Shown in pieces: positions 31,456 through 53,798 of a stretch of DNA of 64,000 nucleotides (position 1 is its first letter; the number at the start of each line of letters is the position of its first letter). The position numbers were made by a program, and so were the translations under genes. Origin of the DNA: the human T2T-CHM13v2.0 reference genome, Homo sapiens. The notes under the pieces are model-generated. The model had not been told where the DNA came from, ran no database searches, and saw only the letters and a list, made by a program, of their open reading frames with translations. The stretch is taken from the NCBI RefSeq assembly GCF_009914755.1, contig NC_060928.1, one strand, 5' to 3'.

Positions 31456-33119
31456 AACTGTCGATTTCATATACTTCTAGTGAACAGAAATGTGTATTTA
31501 TATATGGCATTATAAATTTATAGAAGGGCCTTGGACATCCTCTAGTCCTAGGTTTGTACTGTGTATCTAACTAAACTGAAACACAAAGGCATCAGGTGAA
31601 AGGCTGAAGGCTACACCTAAGTAGCTGAAGTAAATCCACTTTAAGTACACGCATGCTTACTACACTTTAAAAAACTTTTATGCCTTGACATTATTGAAAT
31701 ATTCTGCAGATACTTTGCATAGAATCACAGGGCCAGAATAATTTTTAGTTTTATTTACTTGGTCTAGATTTTGTCATCACAAATCTGAGAATGGAGCTAA
31801 AAATCACAGCCTGTAGGATTCCTCCATTCTATTTTTGGAGCCAATGAAGTTTCTTACATTTGGCCAGCCCTCTCTCAAATGCTTGCAATTGGGTAACATT
31901 GTTCCTGTGAGGGGAGGTCGAATATCACAGAGGTTATCTTATAAAACCTCATCATTTTTACAATGCCAAGATATATAGACACTTAGATGGGGAGTTTGGA
32001 AGAGTAAAATAAAGGTCAATTAGAAAACTATGCACATGTTCATGTAAGAGATGATGGTGACATTGACTGAGGTTATAATCATGGGGATGAAAAGGCTATT
32101 TTTTGAAAATGTCATTCTCCTAATCAAAAAACTTCAGTACTATCCCATTCACATTTTTTAAAGGCCAAACTTCTAAATTGAACTTTTATAAACGTTGTTG
32201 AGCATTTGCAGTATTTTTCTTTCATAGAAAAAGAAGCACTATTTTTCTTACAGTAAATGCAAGAAGCTTTTAATCTACTTGAAATTCACTCCACCTGAAA
32301 TTCACTCTACCGTCCATTCTTTAAAAATATAATCCTTTCTTCAAGTCCCTGCTCAAATCCCTCCTGCTCCAACAAGACATCCCTGGTGAGCCTAGCTGCT
32401 TTTATTCCTCCTACCTCTAATCTCTTTAATATTTCTTTGTTTTGTTGTGCTTTTATCAAAGGCACCAACAGATGCTGCCTTTTATGACAGTTAGGGTTAT
32501 CTATCTGTGAACCACTAGATCATGCTTCGCAAGGCATTGTATTCCCTGTGTCCAGCACTGAGCTTTGCACCAAGGGCACATTTCATAAGTATTTTTTGTA
32601 AGATAAATGGAAATAATGAATTCATTACTAGAGCTGATGGTGCCCTCAGAGCAACTGATCTCAGATATATTTGTGGCTGAGGTCAACAAAAGACGAGACA
32701 ATTACTGGTTTTATATCTCTTAAAAGCTGAGTCAAACCTTTAATAAATTTACTGTGACTGGAAACCTATTCCATATTTATTTCACTATTAACTGTTCTCC
32801 AGTTTTCAGCATAATTTATATGCACCTTACTCTATGAAAACTTCTAAGAACAGTTTGCCTGTTCATTATTTATGCCAATGCCTATAACTTAAAAGTAAAT
32901 TATTCCTATTTTGCTTAATTTAATTTTATTATATATAAGCCATTTGATAAATATACATAAACACTTTCATAGTTATGTAACATTTACTAATATAGATTTT
33001 AAAGCACATATAATTTGTATAGTTGCCATGCAAACATCAGACTATCAAATATTGATAAACTGGTTACTGATAGAAAATCCAGTCTCTACATTTAAGAAAG
33101 AGTTTTTTTCTTCTAATTA

Positions 33120-33338
33120 CAGAAGGAGTATCCCTTCTCTGAAATGCTCGGGACAAGAAGTGTTTCACATTTTGGATTATTTCAGATTGTGGGATATTTG
33201 CGTTATACTTAGGTTCAGTATTCCTAATCCAACATGCCTCAATGAGTACTTCCTTTGAGCATGATGTTGGTGCTCAGAAAGTTTCAGATTTTGGAACATT
33301 TTGGATTTTGGAGTTCTGGATTCGACATGCTCAACCTG
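33120..33338. mobile_element. Tigger4a/MER46-like MITE
   Basis: gagtatccctt...gaaatgctcgggac...atgctcaacctg, flanked by TA. Confidence 0.85.
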
Positions 33339-34500
33339 TATTATTTTCTTATCAATTTCACCACTTTATTGTCTTCCACAGTCAAAGCAAGGTATGAGTC
33401 AAAGATATCAAACTTAGAGGGAAGAAAATCCCATTGAGGCTACTGTCTATGCATAAACAAAGGAAATTCAAATATCACCACATAAGTTATTACAAATTTA
33501 CATATTAAAACATGGATCAACTCCCCTTTTCTAAATTGGCAACTATAATTCCACTCAAGTGACAGGTTTGTATACAAATAAGAGGATAAGCTGTTAGCAG
33601 TTACTGAACACTGAGACCAAATCATAACTCAGGATTGCAAAGTGCTCATGAATGTGGAGAGATATAGTCATTGCCTAATAATTAATTTTAATTTTTTACC
33701 AAAATTAGACTTCTTATAATTTCATTAAAAGTCACAAAAGAATCAAATCAGTATAATTTTTAATTTACTCTGAAAGGCATTTTCTTTACATTTTCCTAAC
33801 ATCTGTATTATTAGAATATCTTTGGCCTTATATCATTACTAAATAATGAGATAGTTGAAGGAAATGACATTTTAGGAGTTCTAAATGAGGGACAGATCTC
33901 CTCCATATTCCATAATCCAAAATGGTGCCTTCTTTAGGAAGGATAAATGTGGAGAAGAAAGGAGAGGGGAGCCTGCTTAATGAGATGCAGCTGGATTCAT
34001 AGTGTGGCCTGATAGTAAGTCCCAAATCAAATTCTTACTCACATGCTTTTGAGATAGCCTCCCATTAGAACCCCTTTCCTCTTTTCCCACCCCACATACT
34101 TAGCATGGCAGAGGGTAGGCAGATGCCAGGTGTATTTTATTATGAGGTCAATGAGTAACAATTCTGTTCCTCTCTCTTTTGAAGCCTGTTATAATACGGC
34201 TACAATGTTATAAAGCAATCATATTTTATTCTTTTCCCCAGCCCACATCATGAATGTTAAGCAAAAGGGGAGATTGAATATTACATTGAGGATGAACTGC
34301 AAAATACTAAAGTCCCTTATGATAGTGTTTAATCCTTTATTGATCAATGTTTCACAAAGGTGCATTGGTCATTACCACTGCTGTACCTTTGGTTAGATCC
34401 ATTTATCTGCCTGGAACATCCTCTCATTTCTCATTTATCTCACTTATATCCTACTGATATTTCCAGACCTTGTTGAAGCCCACCTTCTACATGGAACTAA

Positions 34501-34797
<297 letters not shown>

Positions 34798-37700
34798 GCT
34801 TTCTAATTTTTTAATCTACTTTAGGTGAATCACACCCTCCTTTGATATCTTCCTGAATATTTCCTATACCTTGTGATAGAGACAGCAGAGTATAGCACAG
34901 TCTTTCCCAAAATATCTTTCTAATATCCTTATTTGAAAGGAAATGTTGAAGACTTAAAAAGCATATTGATGTGTGGAAGTCTTTGAAAAGTCCTTGAGTA
35001 AATGAAGAAGTTTGTTCAACTTTTTAAAACTGAACATTTCTTAAACTTCTACAACAATTGCATCTTTATTTCATGTAATAACCTTCTTGCAAAATACACT
35101 GGAGAAATAGAAATATATACAGGTTTGGGGCCAGACAGACTTGAGTTTATACCTTACTTCCATGGCTTAATAAACCATCTCATTACATTTACTTAAATCA
35201 CTTTAAGCTTCTGTTTTTGCATTAGGCATAAAGAAATGTTTCATACCAGTAGGTATTCCAAAATATGCTTCTTTTATATTGTTTCTCCACAGGCCCTGAA
35301 ATTCAATTGTTTTATGCAGTTTAGTGTGTTTTCTTCTACAGGGCAGGATATATGTTGTGTACATCTTTTAAATATTAATTACAATCTTGCACATGATAGG
35401 TGTGGGATAGATTATTTCTGCCTGAGTAAAGCTTTATAGTGTGGCTACATTGTTTAGCATTTCTGATGTAGAAGATATACAACTTTTAGATTCATTAACA
35501 AAAATTTTTTACATTAGTTCTAATTTTGAATGCCCGATGTCATTATTCTCTTACATCAACCATATATTTGAGAGTTGGTGGATTGTTGGGTTGTCTATCT
35601 AATTTCATGAGTATATTCAATCTCAGTTATTCCTCATGCTGAAACTGTCTTATCATTATTGTTACTGCTAATGCATGTCAGAAGATCACGTGATTCTGGT
35701 GGTGCTGTGACTATGAAAATTTCATAATTCAAGATATTTATAAAATCACATTATGGGAGGATTCCTTAAATAGTGGACTCTCTTTAATAGGCAAACTCAC
35801 ACCTACAAATAAATAACTTTGTTTTAGCCAGATATGTAGTCTTTATCTCTGAGAAAGTTTGGATTGTGGTTTTGAAAGATGATTACTTTTGGTTTTGAAT
35901 TCATTTCTTACAATTAGTCTAATGATCCATTCTTTCCTGGAGGGCTTAATTTGTGAGTTCTGTCCTCTGTAACAACATGAAATCTCCTTGAAAAGAACAA
36001 GTTCAGTTTATTTAGACTGAGGCCATTGCAATAAAGAACAAAGTTCAGTTTGTGCTGTTCTCTAAGTGCCATAGATAAAATTATTCTGATTTTCCCCAAG
36101 GTTAATGGGCACAGGGTGACATTTAAATGATATTGTAATAATCTAATAATTTCCAGTGCTAATTAGTACAATCCCAAACCATGAGTGAACATAATTAAAA
36201 ATGTTTTCTCTTTTTGAGGGTAAGTACCATAACTTCACAACTAATCTAATGGTAGGTGCTTCATTACAGTTTATGCAAACATTGAATTTTACTATAAATA
36301 TTTGGATAAATTATATTCCAAGTAGTACTAACAGTCAATTCTCATTTTTTCTGCATTGCCTGCTTTATGTAGAGCCCCCACACACAGATCAGTGAGGAGC
36401 TGCTATGTCTCCTGTGCCCGGTAGGCCCGACCTAGAAACATGAAGGAACATAGATGGGCAATGAGTATCATGAGAAGAACCTGGGCTTTGGAGTCCAAAC
36501 TGGATTTGAATCTTGGCTCTCCAAACCACATTTTATTTATCTATGATGCCTGCCTCACAAAATTTTAGTAAAAATTCAATTTATCTTTACTAAGGCTATA
36601 TTAAAATATGTAATCGTTTTACATACATCATGTATATGTAAAATGCCTGGCAGAGTGCCCTGATGCTAAGAGCTCTCATATACATAGTTCCCTTTTACTA
36701 TGAAATTTTACTATGGAATCACTTTACAGTCTTATGTTTATCAATAATAAGTAATGTAGGTATTCTATTTATAGTTCTAAATTACCCAGGCCTACTCTTT
36801 TTCTCTTGGAGTCAGCTGCATATTTGATAGAATCTTCTTCCCATGACTTTGAGACTGCCTCATGAGTGGCAGTGGCCTTTGTGGAGTAACTATTATCAGA
36901 GTGATTTGGGGAAGGATTAAATTGTCATCCCTCCACCATGCTCCCCGTTTCTAGTTTAATGGTTTAAAAAATGGTTTTATGGTTGTTAGGATTATGTGCT
37001 AATAATATTAGTTAAGCTTTTAGAAAGTTTGGAAAGTGAGAAGCTGCTAAGGAATGGAATGAGTTCTCTATGTCCTCAACTAGAAGCTCTTTTCCCCTCC
37101 ACTACTTGTTTGTGGTATCCTTCAAGAGCTAGTAGGCTTATTAACTTTTCTGCCTCAGTAATGTGTGCATAATATATAAACTAAAGAAGTGCTGAGCTGG
37201 AAAATTGATTTTATGCTTATAGTGGTTTAAAATTTCTACCAAGCCTAATAATATTACTATTTTTTTCTCTAAGAGCTACTATTTTCCGTTGCAAAAATAG
37301 CAGGAGAGGATTATGTATAGTTCTAATTTTACCACACTCCTCCTGAATACAATTCTACCAGAAACACTTAATGCTTTTTTCTTTTTTATTCTTTAATGAC
37401 TGCCTAGTATATTGTCTCAGTATTATAAGTCTCTTTCCTTACCAGATTTTCAGCATATGACTAATGAGGGAAGCCAGTCAACTCAGATCATTTTTTATTT
37501 CTGAGATTTATGTAAAGTTAATGACATCTTAAATATAATTGTGTCAAATTAGTCAGATATTTTTCTGTATCTTCCTTCTAGTTCCAACCTACTCAGTTAC
37601 CTTTACTTCTCTCTACACCTTCTCATGGACCCTAGTGTTCAGCTAAATGAAATACCTATCAGTGCGCACTCCATACATTATCTACTTCCATGACTTTTCT

Positions 37701-38440
37701 TACGCTGTTCCTTTCTCAATTTGTCCTTTCTTTACTCTTTAATGTCTTACTTCTACCTATTCTTCAAGGTTCTACTTAAACTATATTCTTCTACATAACA
37801 TTCTTTCATCTATCCATGATTTCTGAATCTCTTTTAATCTTTATATATTTAATCCAAATACATGGATTATGTCACATTTTATTACATATTTGGAAACTCA
37901 TGGGTCTGTCTTACCCTTAGTCCTAGTCTATACACCAAATGAAATAAGAAATTATGTCTGTGGTATTTAATACTTAGGTTTCATCCATATGGGGAAAAAT
38001 AAACTCTAAGAATCAGACAAAAATTATTTTAAATAAGGCTAACTTATTTAGACCATAGTCATACCCATATGAAATTAATGTGATTTAATTAATTACTAGT
38101 ATGCACAGAAAAATATGAGGTATGAAAGCTGATTTTAAAAAAATCATTGTTGCCCCTGAGGGATAAAATTTTAATGGAGAAGAAAGACATATAAGCATTA
38201 CATTAGTACAAATCAAGGTTGATAGACACTTAAACAAGTGCCAATAGAGCACCTGATAATATCGAGAGGAGAGGTCATTTCATCTTAAAATTCATGATAA
38301 TATAAAGCATTCCTTTTTAAATGAAATTGAAGAAGGCCATCTCTTTAGAGAGTAGAAGGGTTTCTATCCCTCATCAGTACTGAGAACAATACAGTTTTGA
38401 AAATAAAGAAATATAAATTTAACATCTAAAAGAATCTCAA

Positions 38441-38470
38441 GTGCTCTCTTCGGCAGTACATACACTAAAA
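38441..38470 (+). pseudogene. 3'-truncated (tail-less) U6 snRNA retrocopy, first ~30 nt
   Basis: gtgctctcttcggcagtacatacactaaaa vs U6 GTGCTCGCTTCGGCAGCACATATACTAAAA (27/30); flanking duplication ctaaaagaatctYaa. Confidence 0.9.
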
Positions 38471-39619
38471 GAATCTTAAACATTCCTAAGGCAAATGTTT
38501 CAGTTAAAGGGGGTTAACCAATACACTTAAAATGCAAACATTACTTTGTGAAACATGTTGAAATTAAAAATAATAAAGCCAAACTATTTGGAATGTCATA
38601 TATTTATAAAATATATATTTTCCTGCTACAAGGCCAAATATATTTTTTTCTTTCCAGTCCTAAAATATGCCCTGTATCATCAGTGTAGTTTGTAGGTCTG
38701 TTCATCAAAAGAGTGGGAAGTATATCATGCCAGAATGCATTTGCTGTTCCCCTATCAAGTGATCACCATTGTTATTGGCTTTAGAATTATTAGCTTCTGT
38801 ACCTGGATCTGACCTTAATTTTAACCACAAATGTGGGAATGGTTTTGACAAGGCATACAGTTTTGGCAAGTCACCTCACTTGGGTACTAATTACTTCTGG
38901 GTACCCAGTTACTCCTGGGTCCTAATTTTATCTTTAAATGCCTGTTATGTTACTTATTACTTTCATATGAGAATTTTGATAATATGTTGTATTAAAAAAT
39001 TATTAGTTTTATAGTGATCAATCAATGAGGAAATTCTCTGAAAGTGATGTTTCTTTACAAGAAAAGCACCCAGGCTGGAAACAATATAAACATTGTAAAA
39101 ATATGTGAATCAACACTGTCAATTCATATTATTTTTCTTAGTATAGTTTTAGTTTACTGAATTCATATGCTTGCTAAGAGCTAGAAGCTTTATATATATT
39201 CCCACTTTATATGACAATATAAGAAGATCAAACTATTATATCCCACAGGGGAAATATTTTAAATCTTTCACAATTGCTGGTTTTCCCCTTAACACAATTT
39301 CTTGATTATAACATTTAAGCTATTATACTGCTATCTATCTATCTATCTACTAAATTTTATCTATCTATTTATCTATCCATTTCTATAGCTAGACTATAAT
39401 CTCTTCAAGACTGGTATCTGACTTCAGTTTCTACTACTAGTTCCTAACGCAGTGGTACAGTTCCTGGCATATGTACATACTCCTATAGTGTGTGCTAAAG
39501 AAAGGAAAGAAATTAACAAGTCTTTTTCTCCCATGTTGTATAAGCCCAGTACTAGTTGCTCTCAGACACTAGTGAATAATTTATTACTGTTCATAGTTTA
39601 AAGAATGCTGATAATTGAG

Positions 39620-39785
39620 TGTATTGGTTTGTTATTGCTGTGTAACAAATTACCACAAACTTAGCAATTTAAAACAGCACATATTTATTAATTCACAGTT
39701 TTGTATGTTAGAAGTCTGGCACTGTGTGGTTCTCTCCTCAGGGTATCACAAAGAAGAAATCAAGTATTACCTAGGTTGAGTTTAC
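39620..39785 (-). mobile_element. MLT1 LTR fragment
   Basis: tattgctgtgtaacaaattaccacaaacttagcaatttaaaacagcac. Confidence 0.75.
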
Positions 39786-41589
39786 CTATACAATCCCTAT
39801 GTGTAAGCTAGGAATATTTGGAAACAGTGGAGGTTCATGTGTTCTTCGCTGACCGTTTATGGTTTTGAAGGCCTAAGAGGTTTCAATAAACTATGTCGAT
39901 ATGCCTAGCAGCTGGCGCAAAATTTTTGGTGAAGTATTTACTTAATTTGGGGAGGTATGTGTGATGCATGTTAAAATAAAAGTAAAGCTGCTCAATGGAG
40001 AGCATCTCAAAATATGATTTTCATGCATAGAAAAAAGCTAAAAAATATTATTCAATTCAATATGGAAATATTTCTGTTTTTTTTTAAGATGGAAAATGAT
40101 GCCACAGAGTCATTATTCTGCATAGCACGTAACTATCTAATTGCATTTAGAGAAATAAAATAAAGTTTGCCAACAACGAAAAAGGGGGACCAGAAAATTT
40201 GTTGACAGCATATCCAATGAACACAGTTTCGGACAATAGGATGCATGTTAAGCCTGACTGGATCTATTCATTCTCCTGTCAACAGCTGGCATGCCTCCTT
40301 CACAATGGCAGAAAAGCTACAGGAAGTTTCTCTTTGGAAAACATGTTGAGAAATTTTCTTGTCTCTCTATGCTCCTTACTGTACACTGAGATATTTTTCT
40401 AGAGAATGAGTGAAGAAATTATGCTATTACTATAGAGTGATAACTAATTTACACTATGTAAAGGGATAGCACAGATATTGTTTTATTCACACTAAAAGCA
40501 AATAATTGGAAGAATTTCTATGTAACTATGAAAACTAGAAATAAATGGTGCTAAAATGTGCAAAAGATGATACATTTTCAGGCACATATTACAGAGTTTC
40601 ACTCAAAGTATGACTAGTATGTGAAATGCTGGTACTCAGTTGTGGATGATTTTCACTGCAGTGGTTAGGTAGGAAAGCTTACTATTAAAAGTTTTTGAAT
40701 CTTATATCCCCGTTTCTGAAGAGCTGCCCACTCTGGAGATTTGTTTCACTGTGATTAACATTGTACCTCTCATTTACTTACTTGTCAGAGGTTTTATTCA
40801 GTTAGTATCTTTTTCTAAATAGTTACACCTTAAAAGTTTAAAAATGATCAGATTTGTATTTGATTGTTCACTACTTCACTTGCAAAAACAAGTATTACAG
40901 AAAAGTAATATGTTAACATTAGTTTATGTATGAAATAACCTGCAATACCACCAAAACTTATCGGATCAGATAACCTCCAGTTGACATTAGCAAGCTTTCT
41001 AATGGTGTCATTTCTTCTTTTTTAAATTCCTTTATAATTCCCTCTGACATTTTTAACTTCAAAATTATATTCTTCTCAAATAATAGAATATGTTGTTTTC
41101 TACTACATATAAATGATTTAACTACACAGTGGTTTTTCTTATTTTTGAGTTAGATACCTGATAGGCTTACATTTGCCACTTCTATAGGAAAATGTGCTTG
41201 CTTAGATTCACGGCATATTTGAATAACTATAGCATTACTGAACTGTGATGATTTCTGCTGGTTCGTCATATCTTAATTCAAGAAGGATACTTGGGAATTT
41301 GTTAAATATTTGTGCTAATAAATCTAATTGCATTTAGAGAAATAAAGTTTCATTGGGAAAATAGGATGCTAGAGCTTGCAGCTTTTCAGGACACTCTTCA
41401 ATTAGTGATTTATAAAAGCATCTACAAGGTGAAGTCAAAGGCAGATAAACCTCAGATATGATCTCTTGCCAACAATTTTGTCTCAAGAACTTGGTATACA
41501 TACTTCAAGTATTCTTTAGAAGTCTTACTACACTATTAATTTTATGATTGTTGATATCTTTTAAAATATTCAATCATATAATAGTATTT

Positions 41590-42150
41590 TATCTATCTAT
41601 TCAATGAATTTCTACTACTTACCTAATATGCGATGAACACATTTCTTTGCATTGGTAATTCAGAGTTAACACAGCAAACAAAACCCCTTGCCCTCATGGA
41701 AAGTGCATTTGAAAGAGAAGGAAATAATAAACAAGGGATATATAGTTAAGATATGTAATGCATCAGATGGCCATATAAACTATGAAGTAAAATAAAGCAG
41801 GGATGGCAGAAAGGGATTGAAGGCAGAGGCTGCAGTTTTAAACAGGGTCATCAAGGAGGGTCTCACTAAGAAGTTGAGCAAGACCTGAAGCAGTTGAGGA
41901 GAAGCTGTGTTTTTCTGTAAGAGAAAGAGCATTACAACTAGAAGGAATAACGAGATCAGGACTGCTGAGATGGGAATATACTTTTTGTATTGCAGGAGCA
42001 ACAAAAAGACTTGGGTAACTGGATGTCAGTGAGGAAGAGGCGGAATACTAGGATCTGAGGTCTGAAATTTAACAAAGTGTCTGATTATAGAAGACTCAAT
42101 AAGCCCTGGGAGGATTTTGACAGTTTCTACAGGTGTGTCGAGATGCCATT
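41590..42150 (-). mobile_element. L2 (a/b-like) fragment
   Basis: cccttgccctcatgga..., ttttaaacagggtcatcaaggagggtctcactaagaag...agacctgaag. Confidence 0.75.
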
Positions 42151-42360
42151 CAAGGCTGCCCTGACATACAAAGAAACTTTTACAACAATCTTTTGTCTCC
42201 CCATGGTTTCTCTCAAGTTTTTTGTTGGTTCCTCAGATATGTGCTACCTTTATTCTTCTGAAGTTTCTGAATATTTGATTTTGGTGGCGGGAATGAGGAA
42301 CTCTACTAGTCTGTCATCTTGTCAGAACTTGAAGTGCAAAATTTCATTAAAAAATATGTA

Positions 42361-42750
42361 TTTTTTCAGTTTTATTTCAAGTTCAGGGGTACATGTGCAG
42401 GTTTGTTATATAGGTAAACTTGTGTCATGAGGGTTTGTTCTACAGATTATTTCATTACCCAGGTATTAAGCCTAGTACCCATTAGTTACATTTTCTGATC
42501 CTCTCCCTCTTCCCACCTTCACCCTCCAGTAGGTCCCAGTGTCTGTTGTTCCCCTCCATGTGACCATGTGTTCTCATCATTTAGCTCCAACTTATAAGTG
42601 AGAATGTGCTATATTTGGTTTTCTGTTCCTGCATTAGTTTGCTAGAGTTAACAGCTTCCAGCTCCATCCATTTTCCTGCAAATAATATGATCTTGTTCTT
42701 TATTATGGCTGCATACTATTCCATGATGTATATGTACCACATTTTCTTTC
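42361..42750 (-). mobile_element. L1PA13-like 3' end fragment
   Basis: ggtacatgtgcaggtttgttatataggtaaacttgtgtcatg...acagattatttcattacccaggtattaagcctagtaccc. Confidence 0.85.
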
Positions 42751-50655
<7,905 letters not shown>

Positions 50656-50679
50656 GGGTCTGGGATCTGTTCTAGCCCC

Positions 50680-51700
50680 TCTTCTTTCTCTTTGGGCTAT
50701 TTTTTAATATGATAACATCTTGTCTCAGATTTTTAATTTCCAAAGGTAACTTGATTACTTTCAAATATATGTCTGCAGTTCAGACATCTTTCTCTTAAGC
50801 TCCATTTTCTACATATTTAATTGCCAACATAAATTCTCCATTTTGATTTTAATAGGCTTCAGAAGCATAGCATATTCGAAAGGGAACCATTGATTTACCT
50901 CTTGTTACTTTGTCAGTTATCACTGTTTCTGTAAAATGGAATCTCCATCAACTCAGTGATCAGGGGACTGGAAGTTTCTTTGTGGCTGAAGAACAGATGT
51001 AATGGAATGAGTCTTGAAAAAAAGACTGTGTAGAGTGTTAGATAATAGATTTCAAGATTTCTCATATAGAGTATACAGGGGATGTCAGGGACCTGTCACT
51101 GGCTGTGGGTTTAGTGGAGGTATAAACATTAGGATTAAGAAAAATGAGATTGAGTTGTTACTAAGGTAAATAAGTCAACTGTTATCACCAAGGATGATGG
51201 TAGGACCTAGGACAGAGAGAAAGATGTTGAACCAGGTTTCAATTTACAAAATGAACTTAGTCATCTGGGCAGGAGGTAGTCAAGTGACAGTGATGAGAAG
51301 GATCAGAGGGTAGGACAGTTAAATGGCAAGGGATTCAGAAGAGATGATTTTACTCCATAATGGAAGAGTAACTGTTTGGCATTGTTTTTGAGGAGCTAAG
51401 CAATGTTAGCTGGTTGTAACAGGACTTGGTATGTGAAAAAATAAATCTCCAGTTGAAAGGACTACAGGAAGAGCAAGGTCCTCTAGAGAAAGCTAGAATT
51501 TAATAAAAGCTAGGATTCTTCTATAAAGGAGTTGAAAATATTAATGAAATGGAATTACCATGGAATTAGGTGGTCAGAGTGGAGAACAATTAGCATTGTG
51601 TAAAGGTATGGTGGGCTTTTGTCAAAGGAAAAACAATATAAAGAAAATGAGGAGCTGATGAATGGTTAGAGATATACATTTTGGGCGGTAAGCAAAGATG
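50680..51700. mobile_element. L2 fragments (+ strand then - strand)
   Basis: tcaaatatatgtctgcagttcagac...ctcttaagctcca (L2 +), then purine-rich reverse-L2-like text. Confidence 0.45.
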
Positions 51701-51837
51701 CCAGTGGTGAATCACGATGGGATTAGCTGGCCTCAAAGTCTCAGTGAGAATCTCACGTAAATTAAATGGTGTTTTTTCCAAGGTTCAAGTGAAGATTTGG
51801 GATGACTTACTAAAATTTTCTGAAACTTAGTTTCTTA

Positions 51838-52198
51838 TTCTTATTATTATTCTTATTCTTATTATTATTATTACACTTTAAGTTTTAGGGTACATGTGCA
51901 CAATGTGCAGGTTAGTTACATATGTATACATGTGCCATGCTGGTGTGCTGCACCCATTGACTTATCATTTAGCATTAGGTATATCTCCTAATGCTATCCC
52001 TCCCCCCTCCCCCCACCCCACAACAGTCCCCAGAGTGTGATGTTCCCCTTCCCGTGTCCATGTGTTCTCATTGTTCAATTCCCACCTATGAGTGAGAACA
52101 TGATGTGTTTGGTTTTTTGTCCTTGCGATAGTTTACTGAGAATGATGATTTCCAATTTCATCCATGTCCCTACAAAGGACATGAACTCATCATTTTTA
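51838..52198 (-). mobile_element. Young L1PA (L1PA3-like) 3' end, 5'-truncated, with (TTA)n-degenerate tail
   Basis: tttaagttttagggtacatgtgcacaatgtgcagg...tttagcattaggtatatctcctaatgctatccc. Confidence 0.93.
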
Positions 52199-52337
52199 TT
52201 TAAAATGGAATTATTAAAAGATAGAGCCTCTCAGTTCTGGCTGCCTAAAGCTTGAAAAGCTACCTCTTTAATAAAGCAAAAGATATATGGAAAACAACAT
52301 AATTAAATAGAGAATAACATCTTCAGAAATTTATGGA

Positions 52338-52481
52338 AGCATGGCCTAGTGACTCACACCTGTCATCCCAGTCACTCTGGAGGCTGAGGCAGTTGCTTGA
52401 GTTCAGAAGTTCAAGACCAGTCTGGGCAACCTCATTTCAACAACAAAAATATCATTATCTATCTATCAATCAATCTATCTG

Positions 52482-52512
<31 letters not shown>
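52338..52512 (+). mobile_element. Degenerate Alu monomer (FLAM/AluJ) followed by (TATC)n
   Basis: ctcacacctgtcatcccag...ggaggctgaggc...ttcaagaccagtctgggcaac; tetranucleotide run 52457-52512. Confidence 0.75.
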
Positions 52513-52513
<1 letters not shown>

Positions 52514-53653
52514 CATATTTGAATTCTTGTAATTACCATTTTGACATGCATCATATATATTTTGTTCAAACTCTTAATAATGTAGTATCAGATTACTTCA
52601 TCATTAGATCACAATTTTCAAAACACTGAAATGCACATCGAGGTCACTGTAAATTTTCATCTATTTACCAAAAAACCAGAATTCACAGATACAAATGTTT
52701 GCCAATTTGCTTTATAGCTTATGTTAAAGGAAGGAAACTTGTTTCTTTTTTATTTAAACAACAATATTTTTTGAGTTTTAATCTGAAGTCTTAAGATATA
52801 TATCATAGTAGAAGATCCCGAGAAATCTCCTTATGTTTCCCTTATGTACTTCAACTATGGTCTTCATACACCAGGAGGGCATAAGAATTTATCCAAACGT
52901 GACTTTTATTTTATTTTTTTTAACTTGAGCTCTGTGGTAAATTACTTAATATCAAGTTCCATAAGTAAACATTCTTGCTGGACATATTTTGACTTTTAGA
53001 TAATTTTTCAATATGTGTTTAAAAGGCCACAGTGTATACTCTATCATCGCTTTTAACATGGCCCACAAATCATTTATAAATTATTCACTCTTTCCAGCTC
53101 TTTTTTGTTTCTTTTTCTTCAAAAGAGGATTACTACATTCCATGTCTTGGTGTCAAACTGTCTAAGAAAATAAATTAAGAACACAGTTTGAAGGCATTCA
53201 CTGTTTTTCTCTTTCCCTAACACATTATTCCAAAAGGAGAATATTTTTTCTCAAGAATGGACTAAATTTTTAACATAGATACAGTTTATATAGGATAAAA
53301 ACTATAGGTCTTGGAACCCAGAGAGTTTTAGATTTAAGTCCTATATCATGTATGTTTTAGCATGTGATTAAGTAATTCATCTAACTTTTCTGATTATTAG
53401 TCTCCTCAACTGTAAAATGAGGATTACGAGAGATAACCTACAAAAATGATAAAGTTTAAAAACATTATTTCTTTTTTCTTAGTATGAATAAAACTTACAG
53501 TGGCAAGCATACACAACTTTGACCATTTTGTAAGGTTTATTTTCTAGCAAGTTATTATTAAAATACTATTTAGAAATTGATTTTTCTTAAGTTATTGATA
53601 TACAAAATGTCAATTTTGTATATGAGACTGTGACTATGATACAGATCTTAAAA

Positions 53654-53798
53654 GATGAAACTGAGTCTATTATACTATATATGTATACATATGTATATAA
53701 TATATATATTTTATATATGTGTATATATTTTATATATGTATATATATTTTACATATATATATTTTATATATAGTATAATGGACTCAGTTAATTTCATC
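53654..53798. repeat. Inverted repeat enclosing an AT-rich low-complexity core
   Basis: gatgaaactgagtctattatactatat ... atatagtataatggactcagtt(aa)tttcatc. Confidence 0.88.

Noticed and set aside
36201-36226. Pyrimidine tract plus GTAAGT as a recursive site
   Set aside because: Acceptor would be GAG and is offset by one base from the GT.
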